From Callorhinchus milii (taxonomy: Eukaryota), in the NCBI RefSeq assembly GCF_018977255.1, contig NW_024704742.1:58902001-58966000 (forward strand): a DNA stretch of 64,000 nt, in the 5' to 3' direction. Below the pieces are notes generated by a model. It saw only the letters and a list, made by a program, of their open reading frames with translations. It was not told the origin of the DNA and did no database searches. Positions 1 through 11,583 of the stretch are shown here, piece after piece; position 1 is the first letter of the stretch; every line of letters begins with the position of its first letter. The position numbers and the translations under genes were made by a program.

Positions 1-210
1 CCTCCTTCTGAAACATCTCTTTTCTAGATTGAAGAGACACAGTTTGTCCAATTGTTCCATTTTGCTCATTCCTCTCACACGCGGGACCTCCCTGCCCTCC
101 ACCCCTCCTGATCCTAACCCTCTGCTCAGGTCCAAATCTCTGACTGTCCAGCACCTTGGATCATCCTCCCAATGTGAAAGGCCGTATACAAATGTAATTT
201 GTCGTTGTTG
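1..210 (+). mobile_element. L2-clade LINE 3' end fragment
   Basis: Ends in the L2-type tail CTGTCCAGCACCTTGGATCATCCTCCCAATGTGAAAGGCCGTATACAAATGTAATTTGTCGTTGTTG, shared with other L2 copies in the window. Confidence 0.8.
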
Positions 211-449
211 CTCTGCAATGCTCTGTCTCCATTTCTTGTCCCGGCAACCAGAACTGTATACATTCTAGCCAGAGCACTATACAACCCGAAACCGAAGGGG
301 AATCTGAACTCAACTGCTTGACATTAGAACCCATCATAATTTATTGAGGAAAAAAAGGGCTGGAAACTAAAACTAATGTTACCAACTCAAGATTTTACAC
401 ATTAGTTTTAACAAGTAATCTATTAAATGTCTAAATTTAAATCACTTAC

Positions 450-575
450 TGCTTGCAATGGAGACTGGGGACTTAATTCATCTTCAAACGGCACAAATGA
501 GTATCCAGGGCCTTGAAGAAGTAACGTAACTCTTATAAACACATGGCGAATGCCACATCTTACGTTGTTAAAATG
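450..575 (-). other. candidate internal exon (126 nt) of the putative minus-strand gene
   Basis: Minus strand: T-rich tract then TTTACAG| acceptor, GCA|GTAAGT donor at 449-444, open in phase 0 (HFNNVRCG...SPLQA). The peptide is not recognisable. Confidence 0.3.
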
Positions 576-1985
576 CTGTAAACTGCCCGATGGTGCAAAA
601 ATAAATAGCAAAAAGTGAGCGTTTTAGACTGAATGACTTGTAACAGTGAAAATACCTGCATTGGAACATTCTCTAACACAACGCACGTGGAGTATAATTT
701 GCAGCGCTTCTTAACAAGAATCGTGACATTAACATTCCTGCCGGCCAGCAGGAACTCTGATCCAAAAGTAGATCCAACAACAGCAACAACTTGCATTTAT
801 TTATATATCGTCCCTCATGGGGGGTAGCATCCTGGAATGCTCTGATCCCATCAGAATATAGACAATGATGTACTCGCAGTTGCTAGAAGGAAGCCCCGTT
901 TGCATGACTAAAATTCCTTATTAAGGAATCCCACTGAGAAATACAGTCCTGCAATTTAGACCAAATTATTCATTGAGTCACTCATATATGGGTGGACGCA
1001 ACTCTGAAAGATGACCTCCGAAAACGCAACTTTTATTTTATAGGGCACGTTAATAAGAGAGAAAATATTCTGGATCTCAATCCCAACTCTCAAAACATAA
1101 GTATTGTTCATTCCTCTATCCAATATCTCCCAAGAGATTTTTGCTTTTTATGTTTGCACTATCAGATATAATGAACCAACTCTAATTTCCCCCCCATTAT
1201 TTTTTGCTATCGAAGAAAAGTAGGACATCTGCACACTCATAGTTTATTATAATTCCCACCAGTGGTGCAGTGAAGACCTTTTGCTTTGTGATACTTTGCC
1301 AGTGAAGCACTGTAAGAAATACTGCAGCACAAAGGGTGCCTTGCACAATAACTAACAGCCGGCAAATTAAACTATTTGCTTTCAGTCAAGAGTTTGGTGC
1401 TACTGGAGGGAACAGGTAAGAATATGTACACGGGGCAATCTTATCCTCTCAGACTTCACTGTCAGGAAATACTTCTGAGATATACACTCAATGTACGATG
1501 TCCAACAACAACAAAATTACATTTGTATAGAGTCTTTCATGTCAGGAGGACATCCAACAAAGAAGTTTTACCTTACGTAAGAATATCTTAAAAGAAAAAT
1601 ACAGATGATGCGAGTTGAAGACAAAGGAGAATACATTGGTTTCAGATATTAAAGGCTCAAGCAGTTTCCAGTAAAACCACTGCAATTTTTTCCAACAAGA
1701 AAAATCAGAACAAAAACCTAAATCAGATGTTTCATCCCTACATTATATCTCAGATTTCATTGAAAATTGTTTTCCCCTTGCACTGCAACAGAGGGAGGAA
1801 GACTCTTCAAATGAAAATTCACATGTCAAACTCCAAATAAGCGATTCCCTGATACGTCACAATAGGCAGTAGGTGTTGGCAGGTCAGCACCCAAACCCCC
1901 CCACATGATACATTCCCAGCCTCAGTATGGCCAGAGGTCAGCTGCTTCCCAATGCAATGTGGGTGGGAAGAAAATCAAGAGAGAT

Positions 1986-2340
1986 GTGGAGTCCTATAGC
2001 ATATTGGTTAGACCATTCGCCTCGCAAGCAAGAGGACTGGAGTTCGATTCCCGACCAGGACAAAACCTTAGGCAAATTCCCTTTGTTTGCCTAGCACAAA
2101 GTAGGAACCTGGTTGTTAGTCGGTTAGCATATCACTTTCCGGGGTTAAAATCCCTTAAAAAAGTATTATAATTTAGACACTAAATTTGGACTGTTTGTGG
2201 GACACTGCTGTGTCTGCCGCTGCTGTATTTTGCCTGCAAATTATACAGTCAATTCATTTTACAGTATATTCTGTGAAGCACTTTGAGGCGTCTCAACTAC
2301 ATGATAAAGTGCTATATCAAATGCAAGGATTATTATTATA
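1986..2340 (+). mobile_element. SINE family A, long form (tRNA-Ala-like head + CORE-like + Deu-like 3' part + L2-type tail)
   Basis: GTGGAGTCC start, A/B boxes, CCTTAGGCAAATT core-like segment, GACTGTTTGTGGGACACTGCTGTG block, (ATT)n tail. Confidence 0.9.
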
Positions 2341-2904
2341 GACGTCTTTGGCCATTTGAGACAACGCCTGATTGCAATGGTTGAAGGCTGTTCCCAGGTC
2401 AACCTCTCAGAGTGGATGCTTACGGAGACCTAATAAAGGCAACAGGGAGAACATACTGATCACAACATACGAGATACCTTAACGGATCAGTGGTAATGTT
2501 GCTGCTTTATAGGAACAAATAGAAACATGGCAAAAAAAAGGCAGAGGGAACCTTCATTGCACAAAAGTCACTGTGGTGCTACTGGAAACTTTCTTTGCTG
2601 ACATTTTTGTTACTGCGCTGAAATTATTATCACATGAAGAAGTCTTAAGAAACATTCATGTTGAATAACTAATGCCAAGCGACTGAAAATTAACTTCAAA
2701 GCTCAGTTATCTGTAGCATTTTGCGAATTTAGTTAAACTGCTGAGGGAGACATGACTGTAGGTGCATTGTACTACCCCTTACCCAGATCAATACAATAAC
2801 ACTGTCTCTAAGTCACTCACTAGATAACACACTCAAAATTTCTGTAGGTACTTGAAAGGTACTTCTTTTTAAAAAAAAATTCATGATGTTAAACATATTT
2901 CAGA

Positions 2905-3276
2905 AATAATAGTAATAATCCTTGCATTTGATTTACCGACTTATCACGTTGATGAAACGTCTCAAAGTGCTTCACAGAACATATTATAATGGTTGACTGC
3001 ATTTTGTGGGAAACTGAAGCAGCCAATTGCACACAGCAGTGTCCCACAAACAGTCTTCGTTTGACTGGCCAATTTTTTTTTGGGGGGTGGGGGGGGAGAG
3101 TGATTATTTCCCGGAAAACAATCTGCCTATTAACTAACAACCGTGTTCCTGCTTACTGCTAGGGAAACAGAAGCATGTGGAGTAAGGAAACTTGCCTAAG
3201 GTTTAGCCCCGACCAGGAATTGAATACAGGTCTTTTAGCTTGCGAGGCAAATGCACTAACCATTTACGTTACAGGA
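2905..3276 (-). mobile_element. SINE family A, long form
   Basis: Reverse complement of the same consensus, from (AAT)n tail to tRNA-like head. Confidence 0.9.
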
Positions 3277-3521
3277 TGTTATTCCCTTTAGTGGCAACTT
3301 TTATTCAACACAAGTGGTGCATCAGATACAGCACCTCAATTCAGTGCAGCTGACAAAACATAGAATGACAAATGTTGTAAAATGTTCCAAAATAAATAGA
3401 GACATTGGGCCACTCACCTTTATTTAAACCCTTACTCTGTCGGTTTAGTCCACACTCGTTTACTTTTATATCGTTCAAGATAAAGTAGTTCCTTATGCTT
3501 AGCTAAGTGTTCTAATATGTA

Positions 3522-4030
3522 CCTGTAACAATATGTGCCTTTGAATTCACCAGTGCAATCTTTCCTAACTTTGGTTTTTCAGACTGCATTTGGAAATTTA
3601 ATGGCTCTCTTTTCATCTGAGTAGCCCCTGGTGTTTCTAATCCGGAACTACTGGAAAAAATAGGAGTTTCTCCCTGTGTCCTGGTCAGCAATCCCCCAAC
3701 TAAATTTGGTCACTCACTTCAAAGCTGTTTGTGAGACATTTCGTTCTACAAATTGGCTGCTGGGGTCACATGCAAAGACACAGTCATTAACTATACATCA
3801 CAGCAAATTCTGTGAAGAGCTTTGAGACATCTTGATGACATACAAATGCAAGGACTGTTATTGTAATAAATGTTTTTTTGTAAAAAAAAAGGACTAAAAC
3901 ATAAACCCACGCACACCTGAGATTATAAACCCCAGGGGCTACTTAGATGAAAAGAAACTTGAAAATAGTTTGAGAAAACAAGATTTTAAGAGATTGTGCT
4001 GGTGAATTTCAAGGCACACATCGTTACAGG
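3522..4030. mobile_element. foldback MITE-like element with ~120-bp imperfect inverted arms, flanked by TA
   Basis: TA|CCTGTAACAATATGTGCCTTTGAATTCACCAG... (3522-3642) is the imperfect reverse complement of ...CTGGTGAATTTCAAGGCACACATCGTTACAGG|TA (3921-4030). A SINE fragment (3655-3866) lies in the loop. Confidence 0.75.
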
Positions 4031-4461
4031 TATATATATGAGCAGCAGTCCAGGAACAGGTGGTTTCACTGATCGAACTCCGGATATAGTTCAGCGAGTA
4101 TTTTTCTTTTTTGTATGCATTTATGGGCAGTGAGAAAGCAGCAGAAAAGAAGGAAGGCAGTGTGGATCTGCGAGACCTGAGTCAACTAAAATTCAATAAC
4201 ATGGATTAAATATTACACTACTGAACAAAACAGCAACCCAGTGTGACACAGTTGCCAGAACAAATGTCGCAACTGAAGCCAGAAACGAAAACCCCTTTCA
4301 GTTTTCTAATTTTAATACACAGCAGATGCCGCTAGGAAATACAGTAAATATAATGCATATTATATAGACTTATCAAATATCTATGTAACAATTTTAAATA
4401 TGATTCCTGGTTGGGCTTGGTGCACGAAAAGAACAGAGAATTTAGAGCAGGTGCAAATATC

Positions 4462-4705
4462 AACAGCAACTTGCACTTGTATAGCGTTTTTCACACAGTG
4501 TCTCAGAGCACTTAACACTGGAGGAATCTGATTGCGAGCCAGGGGAGGGGTTGATAGCTCAGATCTGAAAATTGGGAAGAAAGGGTCAAGGCGGAGGAAT
4601 AGAGACAGCTCCAACGTTTCAGGGCGTAGTGGCTGTAAACACGGCCACCGAGAGTAAGGAGGTCGGAGAGGGAGGTAGGTACCACGGAGTGAAGGAATTT
4701 AAATA
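4462..4705 (-). mobile_element. L2 LINE 3' fragment
   Basis: (AAC)n-like tail; minus-strand translation FKFLHSVVPTSLSDLL..GGRVYSHYA resembles the L2 ORF2 C-terminus seen at 36843-37420. Confidence 0.8.
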
Positions 4706-5007
4706 TCATCCCTGATAAAATGTCATGAATTCTTCAGAAGGATCACCACCTAAAACTGAATGTATTTTTGCTTTTCTGTTGCTAACTGAATTTGCAGGAT
4801 TCCTGGAATTATTTCAAATTTCCATTTTTTTTATTTCTATGTCTAAATAAGCGTTTCACTTTAAGGGGTGAGAAAGAGGAACAGTCTGTGCTCATCAGTT
4901 ACAGTTGTCAGTTCTGGAAACTATAACACTTTTTCTTTTTTTATTTGGCTCAGTGTAGATAGTAATTACTTCAGGGTGTTTTGCACATATCACTTGCAGG
5001 GTTGATT

Positions 5008-5660
5008 TCAGCTTGGCTCAGTTGGCCACATTCTTAATAATAATACTTGCATTTGATATAGTGCCTTATCACATTGTTGAGATATCTCAAACTTCACAGA
5101 ATATATTCTAAAGTGGATCGACTGTGTATTTTATGGCGAAATGCATGCAGTAGTACCTCACAAACATTGACTGACCAATTTTGTTTTTGAGGGATTATTA
5201 CACTGGAAAGCAATCAGACAATCGAATAACAATCGGGTTCCTACTTCCTGCTAGGTAAACAAAGGGGTGTGGAGTCAGGAAATTTGTCAGGTTTCCCCCT
5301 GCCTGGGAATCGAACCCGGGTCCTCTTGCTTAAGAGGCCTCTGAGACACTAAGCTGTGGGTTCAAATGCCATGTCTGAACTTGAGCTCAGAGTCGAGGCT
5401 GACCGTTAATGTTCCACTGGGGAAGTGTTAACATTTTCGTAGGTGCCAACCTTCAGATGAGATATTAAAACTGAAGTCTCATCTACACCTGCAGCTGAAC
5501 ATTAAAGATCTATTTGATACTATTTTACAAGAGTAGTTGATTTTGAAATGCGTAATTTCTCATTGTGTCCTGGCCAACATCTTCCATATAATTTGCTAAA
5601 TTCACTTTGCAATTATTTATGAAACTCTCCTATGCGCAAACTGCCTGCAAAAATGCCCAC
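5008..5660 (+). mobile_element. SINE family B (tRNA-derived DeuSINE, SacSINE1-like) interrupted by a family A copy
   Basis: Head TCAGCTTGGCTCAGTTGG...TTCTT resumes as GCCTCTGAG at 5337; Deu-like ATTAAAGATC...TGTCCTGGCCAACAT follows. Confidence 0.85.
5035..5337 (-). mobile_element. SINE family A, long form, nested in a family B head
   Basis: (AAT)n tail at 5035 through B-box CCCGGGTTCGATTCCCAGG on the minus strand. Confidence 0.85.
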
Positions 5661-7224
5661 TACATTTGATATTAATTGCGCTAAATATTTGTAATTTTGA
5701 TGCAGTAAGACAATAACTAGACACCATAAAAATGCAAGTTTTTTCTTCCTAACGTCAAAATGCAACAATACATGTTTTGCAGCCATTTCCATACAACCTA
5801 TCCTAAGTAACCTAATAGATACACGTTTTTGAGCACTGGATTCAAATTCACAAAAGAAACAGACACACAAAGATTTTCATCCTATCAATCAGTTTGAACT
5901 CAAGTTCTAGAGGTGAAAGGGCAGTTTTTAAACCTCTCGCTCCACCCTGTCAATGTTATTTTCCTTTTTACTGCAGAATTCACTCTGCTACTATTAGGTT
6001 CAGTTGCTGTCATCACAACAACTATCTGCATGCACCACAGCCCACTCAAGAATGGAAATGGACTTTTCACAAATGCACAGGGCTGCCCTTATCTGGTTAC
6101 CATTTACTCTGCGTAGTAAAACTTCTAAGAAATAACAAGCTAAAAACAATGGCATTCCTTCAGAATGCCTTCAAATCCCTCTCCAGTGTCTCCTGTTCTT
6201 TTGCTCAAATAAATGGCACCTTAGCATGCACAAATGCTTCAAATCAATCACCAGCAAGGTTAATGCAGACTAATAACACTGGTTTAGATAGAGACTGAGG
6301 AAAAACAGAATATCTTATTTGAAATTGATTGCAAGTAAAGCACTTAGTATTCACAATAAATGTAATCCTCCAAAGCATTTCTGTATACAAAAGCATTAAT
6401 CTTCATTATGATTAATGATACATAACAAAACTGCTCAATGTGAAAGAACATGGGTGGGGAGGGGGGTGGAAAGCGGGACAAGAAATCAGGCTTCTAGCGA
6501 TACTTGGAAATATCAAACAATTTAAATAGAAATTCTTAATTAAAATTTACACAACAGCAGTAACTCAGTATCAGACACACCAAGGACCTGAAAGAGTTTT
6601 ATTGTTCATGTAAAACATTAAGTGTAAATGTGTAAACCTTTCCCCTTTTAATAAATGGTAACAACATTTTAGACAGCCAAAGCCAATTTTTGAAATTGAC
6701 ACCATTGTTTCGTACAATAAGAGCAGAAATTTAGTCTTGTTATAAAAAAAAGTCTGTTAAGTCCCTGTGTAAATTACAATTAATTCCATTTTTTAATACT
6801 AAACGATATATTGTCATGCTCTGATGCTCACTGCCCTCTCTTTAATCTATTTATGGTGCGTTTCTGGATTCTACAAATCAAACATACAACACGATTTTAA
6901 AAAATACCTCAGTATTTCTGTCACTGTGTCTATCACTTAATTTTCTGTTCTGATAGGAACTTTTAAATAAAAATGTAAGGAGATTTAAAATGTCCTTTAA
7001 GATACACAGAGATTTCATTACTCTAAGGGTTAAGAAGCACAATCCTACTGCATATTATCTGAGTAATGATGTGTGAACATTTTGCCCTTTTAATTGAAAT
7101 CTCTATTTTCCTGGCTTTCTATGCGATGGAGCGACTTTACAGCTGCATTACTCCTTTGTACATGGATCGATTACTAATCTATCAGAAATGCATGAACCAG
7201 AATTTCACATGAAGGAAGCCATCG

Positions 7225-7670
7225 ATTTTTCTCCCCCAATTTTCTCCCCTCATGTTCTGCAGACAGTGACTCATGCTGGGACATGGTCTGAGGACAGGAG
7301 GTAAGCAACCCTCTTGTATTTTAACTGGGTAACTAATCTTCATGTGTGAATTTCAACAGATTAAACTAACTGGGAAAAAGGAGGAGGAGGTTAAGGAGAG
7401 GGCATCACAATAGAGTTCAATCCCGGCTTCACCTGCCGGGACAAGACAATATGCCAACATAGGTTAGTAAGTAATAAGCATTTTTGGAAATCCTGATGGA
7501 TTTTCTATCTCCATGTCCTGGTGGCATTGAGGTCAAGGGGAACACACTGATACCCACTAACTCAGTGCAGATCAAGGATCAAACCTATATTACTCAGTAT
7601 GACAAAGTGTGTTCCTCTTCTTTACACATCAGTACCACATTGCAGGCAGAAGACTGAGCCATTAGCAGAG
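7225..7670 (-). mobile_element. LF-SINE-like element
   Basis: CCAATTTTCTCCCCTC..TGACTCATGCTGGG (3' end) and CTAACTCAGTGCAGATCAAGGATCAAACCT..GACTGAGCCA (5' end) match the recalled LF-SINE consensus in antisense. Confidence 0.7.
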
Positions 7671-10600
7671 ACAAAATAAACTACCATTCTTAAGATTTTG
7701 GGGAAGGGGAAAATCAAGATGAAAACACTTAGTGCAAAATATACACTTGGCTACATGTTACCTACCTCGGTTATGTTATGAAAGTGTTTGCACATTGTGT
7801 TACTTTTGTCGAATGATCTGAAATATACTGGCAGGATTTTAATCTTCCTTGCTTTCACAGACACACACTCACACACACAACAAAATAGACTTCTCACGAT
7901 ATTCTTTGGGAAATGGAAAAGTACTACTGTAGTAGCACATCCAGCAGGGGGAAGGAGGAGGAAAACAGCTTTCCCTCTCCTCCTCCTGCTTTGCCCATAA
8001 CGCAGCCACGAAATAATCCTCACTCACCGTCACTTGGAGCAGTCTACAGTCAATGGCTGGGGAGTCTGGACCTGATCAGCAAACAGCTCACCAGCGACAA
8101 TCTCAACCCAGAGTCCTGGCAGCATCCACCGCGGAAGCTGAATGCTTTATACTAGAAAGTAGCATCACTCAAGTACACCCTCTTCTCCCGCCCTCTCTCT
8201 GCAGGGTACCTTGCTGCCCCTTTACAAATGAGAAACCACATGCAAGAAGGTATGTAGAACTCAGAGGAATGACTGTGACTTACTTTCTTTACCGGTTCCC
8301 GTGTCTTTTGTCTCATTTTAATAAATTTTGAACCCCTGTACAGGCAAGGTGGGTCGCCTTTTGTGGAGCAAGGATAATATTCCAATAAATGTCATTTATT
8401 GTGTACAGGAAATTCTCCCCCACTAATCGGTTACAACCTCTGTTCCCTCCATAATAGAAGAGGAATTCTTCACTTTAAAGTGACACGTCTGCTTTATTAC
8501 TCTGGACTCCAGCAGTGAGGTGTATATATATGCCAAACACAATAGCAACTCTAGGTTTTGCATGAATACTTTAACTTTAAAGAAATCAGGAGTTAAACCC
8601 TGAAACTACTGTCCTGCTGGAATGAAGTTCAACAATTGCTATCATGTACCTTAACTCAGTTATCTATTCCCTCTTTTCCCATGTTCTTTAATTATGTGCT
8701 TGTTCTTAAAAAAAATTAAACAATTGTGGTCTTAAGTCGACTTTACGAATTGCTTTATTTTCCAAATGCACACCATGGATTGCTTTTCTTCAAATTAAAT
8801 TGCAAAACATCTTATTCCTTCCAAAATATCCCTTCGATTTACCTACAAAATACGCAGTTACTAATTACACTTTACAGAAAAATCCTGTGAAGCACTTTGA
8901 GATGTCCTCTCAATGTGAAAGGTGCTATATCAAATGCAAGGATTATTATTACTATTATTCATTATTAGTCATTACACTTTACAATAAATCTCACGAAACA
9001 CTTGCAAGACATCCTCCGATATGAAAGGTAATATCAAATGCAAGTATTATTAATTATTAGTATTAAAAAATAAAGCTGCTTTGAGAATCCTAAACTTTAC
9101 TTCTGAAACAGCTCTTGTAAAATCAACATCGGGTTACTTTTAATTTATATTGTCTCTGCAGGGAAAGTTTAACTCTTAAGAGTTGATGGGTGAGTATGTT
9201 TTTTTTGAATAGGGCTATTTGAAGTTTCACTTTAAAGTGAGACCCATGCAAAGCTATTGTTTTCACCCAGCGTTCTGTGTCCACCTCCGCTCGCCCCAGT
9301 CGTCGGGTTTTAAAAAAAATGGTTACTTCAATCTTATTTACCGCTTACCTCTCTCTCCGCTGGGGTGTACTTTCAAATTTTAATAAATTAACATGCAAAC
9401 ACTGGGGTTACTTTCGATGCAAGAAATTAACGTACAAGTTGTTGTGAGAGACAAACTGCATTGTGGAGGCTTGTGATGAGTGAGACCTATTTGGCGTATA
9501 ATATGATAAACCTTGCATTTTATATAGCGGCTTATCAAGTCTTCGAGATGTCTCCAGGCGCTTCACGGTATATATTGTAAAGTGAATTGACTGTATATTT
9601 TGTGGGCAAATGAGAATAATATAGAACTGAAAGAGCCACTGATTCTGTTTTAATTTTCATGGGAATAGTTTCGCAGATCATGCAACTCGACCTTTCCTAA
9701 GGCGGATCATTTCTGCAACTCAAAACCAAAAAGGTGAAGATAGTTATTTTCCCCCTTCAACTCACACTCTCTCTCTCGCCACCCTCCCCCCCCACCCCCC
9801 CCACCCCCTGCCTTTCTGGGGTTTCCCTTCCCACTGTTAAGTGCTGCTGCCAGGAATCGCCTGTAAACTTCTCACGCTCATCAAAACTTCAGGGCGACCC
9901 CCTCTCTCTGTCTCCCAGTACCTTGCGGGTGTGTGTCACTCTTTTACACCCTTCTTGGTGACACTTTAAGTCAAAAGAGGGCAGTTCCCATGGACAAGCC
10001 TTGGAGCCTCTTGTGCGTGAAATTTACAAACAATCTCTCTCGTACACAGTCCTGTTTCCTTGCAACAGTCAGTCAGTCAGTCCCCTTATTTGCTTTAAAC
10101 CCATAGACGTGCAATTGGGTTTGATCGGGCGCTGCTGCAGTGTAGAATGTGTTACAGGGATTTACATGTGTTTAGTGCTCACAACTGGGAAATACACACA
10201 AAAGAGGGCTTTGTGTTGCCAGGGTTTATTGTGCGACAGTTCTGGAGCTGCCTCACCCACAGCATGTGTCTGCTGTCCCCTCACCCCCATCACCAGGTAC
10301 CTGCTGCACACAGGGCAACAAGACTCAACCCTGGGGGGACAACTTGTGGGCAAACAGATTGGGGGGGGTGGGGGTGGTGGGGGGGGGGATTGGGGGGAGG
10401 GAGGGGGTCTCTGATTTCTATTTTTTTTAAAAAAAGGGAAAATGCAAGAGTTCACATGAAGGCTGAAGTGTCTCCACGTTGGGACAATGGATTCAAGTCT
10501 GGGAACTGAGTCTAAATCTAATTAAACATAAAAGTGGTTGGTTGCAAACAATTCCAATCTCTCAAAACACATGCAAGTCCCCCCCCCCCCCCCCGGACCC

Positions 10601-11383
10601 CCTTCACTCACTCACACTCTCTCTCTCTCTCTCTGGCCAGATGTTTGCTGTGCAGGTTACTGCAATAAGCTGCACGTTACGAAGTTGCTTAAAGAGCAAA
10701 CCAAAGCTGCACGTTACTGAGAGACACACACACACACTCTGCAACTGATCGCCCTTCTGTCCATCTCTTCGTTGGAATAAACCGATGGGGTTTGAGTGCA
10801 AAGTGATCCAGGCATTTAAATAGAAATGAACACCCCCCCCCCCCCCCCACCCCATCCCCAACCCCCCACCATACACACACCATAATTCCCAGGAGCTACA
10901 CGTTTAAGTTGCCACCGTTTGCATTCGACCTCATTTCCACCCAAACTTTTTCGCCTTCGCCCCTAAAAAAAAACTGGGAGCAAATGGGGGAGGGGGGGGA
11001 AACTCTGAGCAAAGTGGAAAAAAGCCACAAAAGTGACCTGGTAAGTTTCCTGGTGGACGCACTCGAGCGATCACTCGCTGTCGGGGTTTCCTTGTGAAAC
11101 GCGCATTATACGCATCCGTAGCGAATTCTGTTTCAAAGGCAGTATTTTTTTTCCACCCACTGTTTTTTTTTTGGGGGGGTTGGGGGGTCTCATGTAAATT
11201 GCAATCGCCTGGCAATGAAATAACACGTCTGTGTGTGTTGGACTCGAGAGGCGAAGTGTTCTTTTTTTCCCAACTTGCACAAATAATCAACGTGACTGAG
11301 ATCAGGAGAGGAAAGAAAAATGATGCTTTTCACGAAGAGGGAGACATATATGCACTGCGGGTCCAAATACACTGTGGGTTTGC

Positions 11384-11583
11384 AGAGAGAGAGGGAGAAA
11401 GAGAGAGGAAAGAGAAAGGGAGAGAAGGAGAGAGAGGAAAGAGAAAGGGAGAGAAGGAGAGAGAGGAAAGAGAAAGGGAGAGAAGGAGAGAGAGGTAAGA
11501 GAAAGGGAGAGAAAGGAAGAGAGAGAAAAGGGAGAAAGAGAGAGAAAGGGGAGAAAAGGAGAGAGAGAGAGAGAGAGAGAAAA
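11384..11583. repeat. 200-bp purine tract containing ~4 copies of a 29-bp unit
   Basis: Unit GAGAGAGGAAAGAGAAAGGGAGAGAAGGA starts at 11401, 11430, 11459 and 11488. The only pyrimidine is T11496. Confidence 0.95.

Noticed and set aside
10984..11040. Plus-strand coding first exon MGEGGETLSKVEKSHKSDL before GTAAGT
   Set aside because: The frame runs through a poly-G tract, matches no protein I recognise, and no downstream coding exon is evident; kept only as a splice signal.
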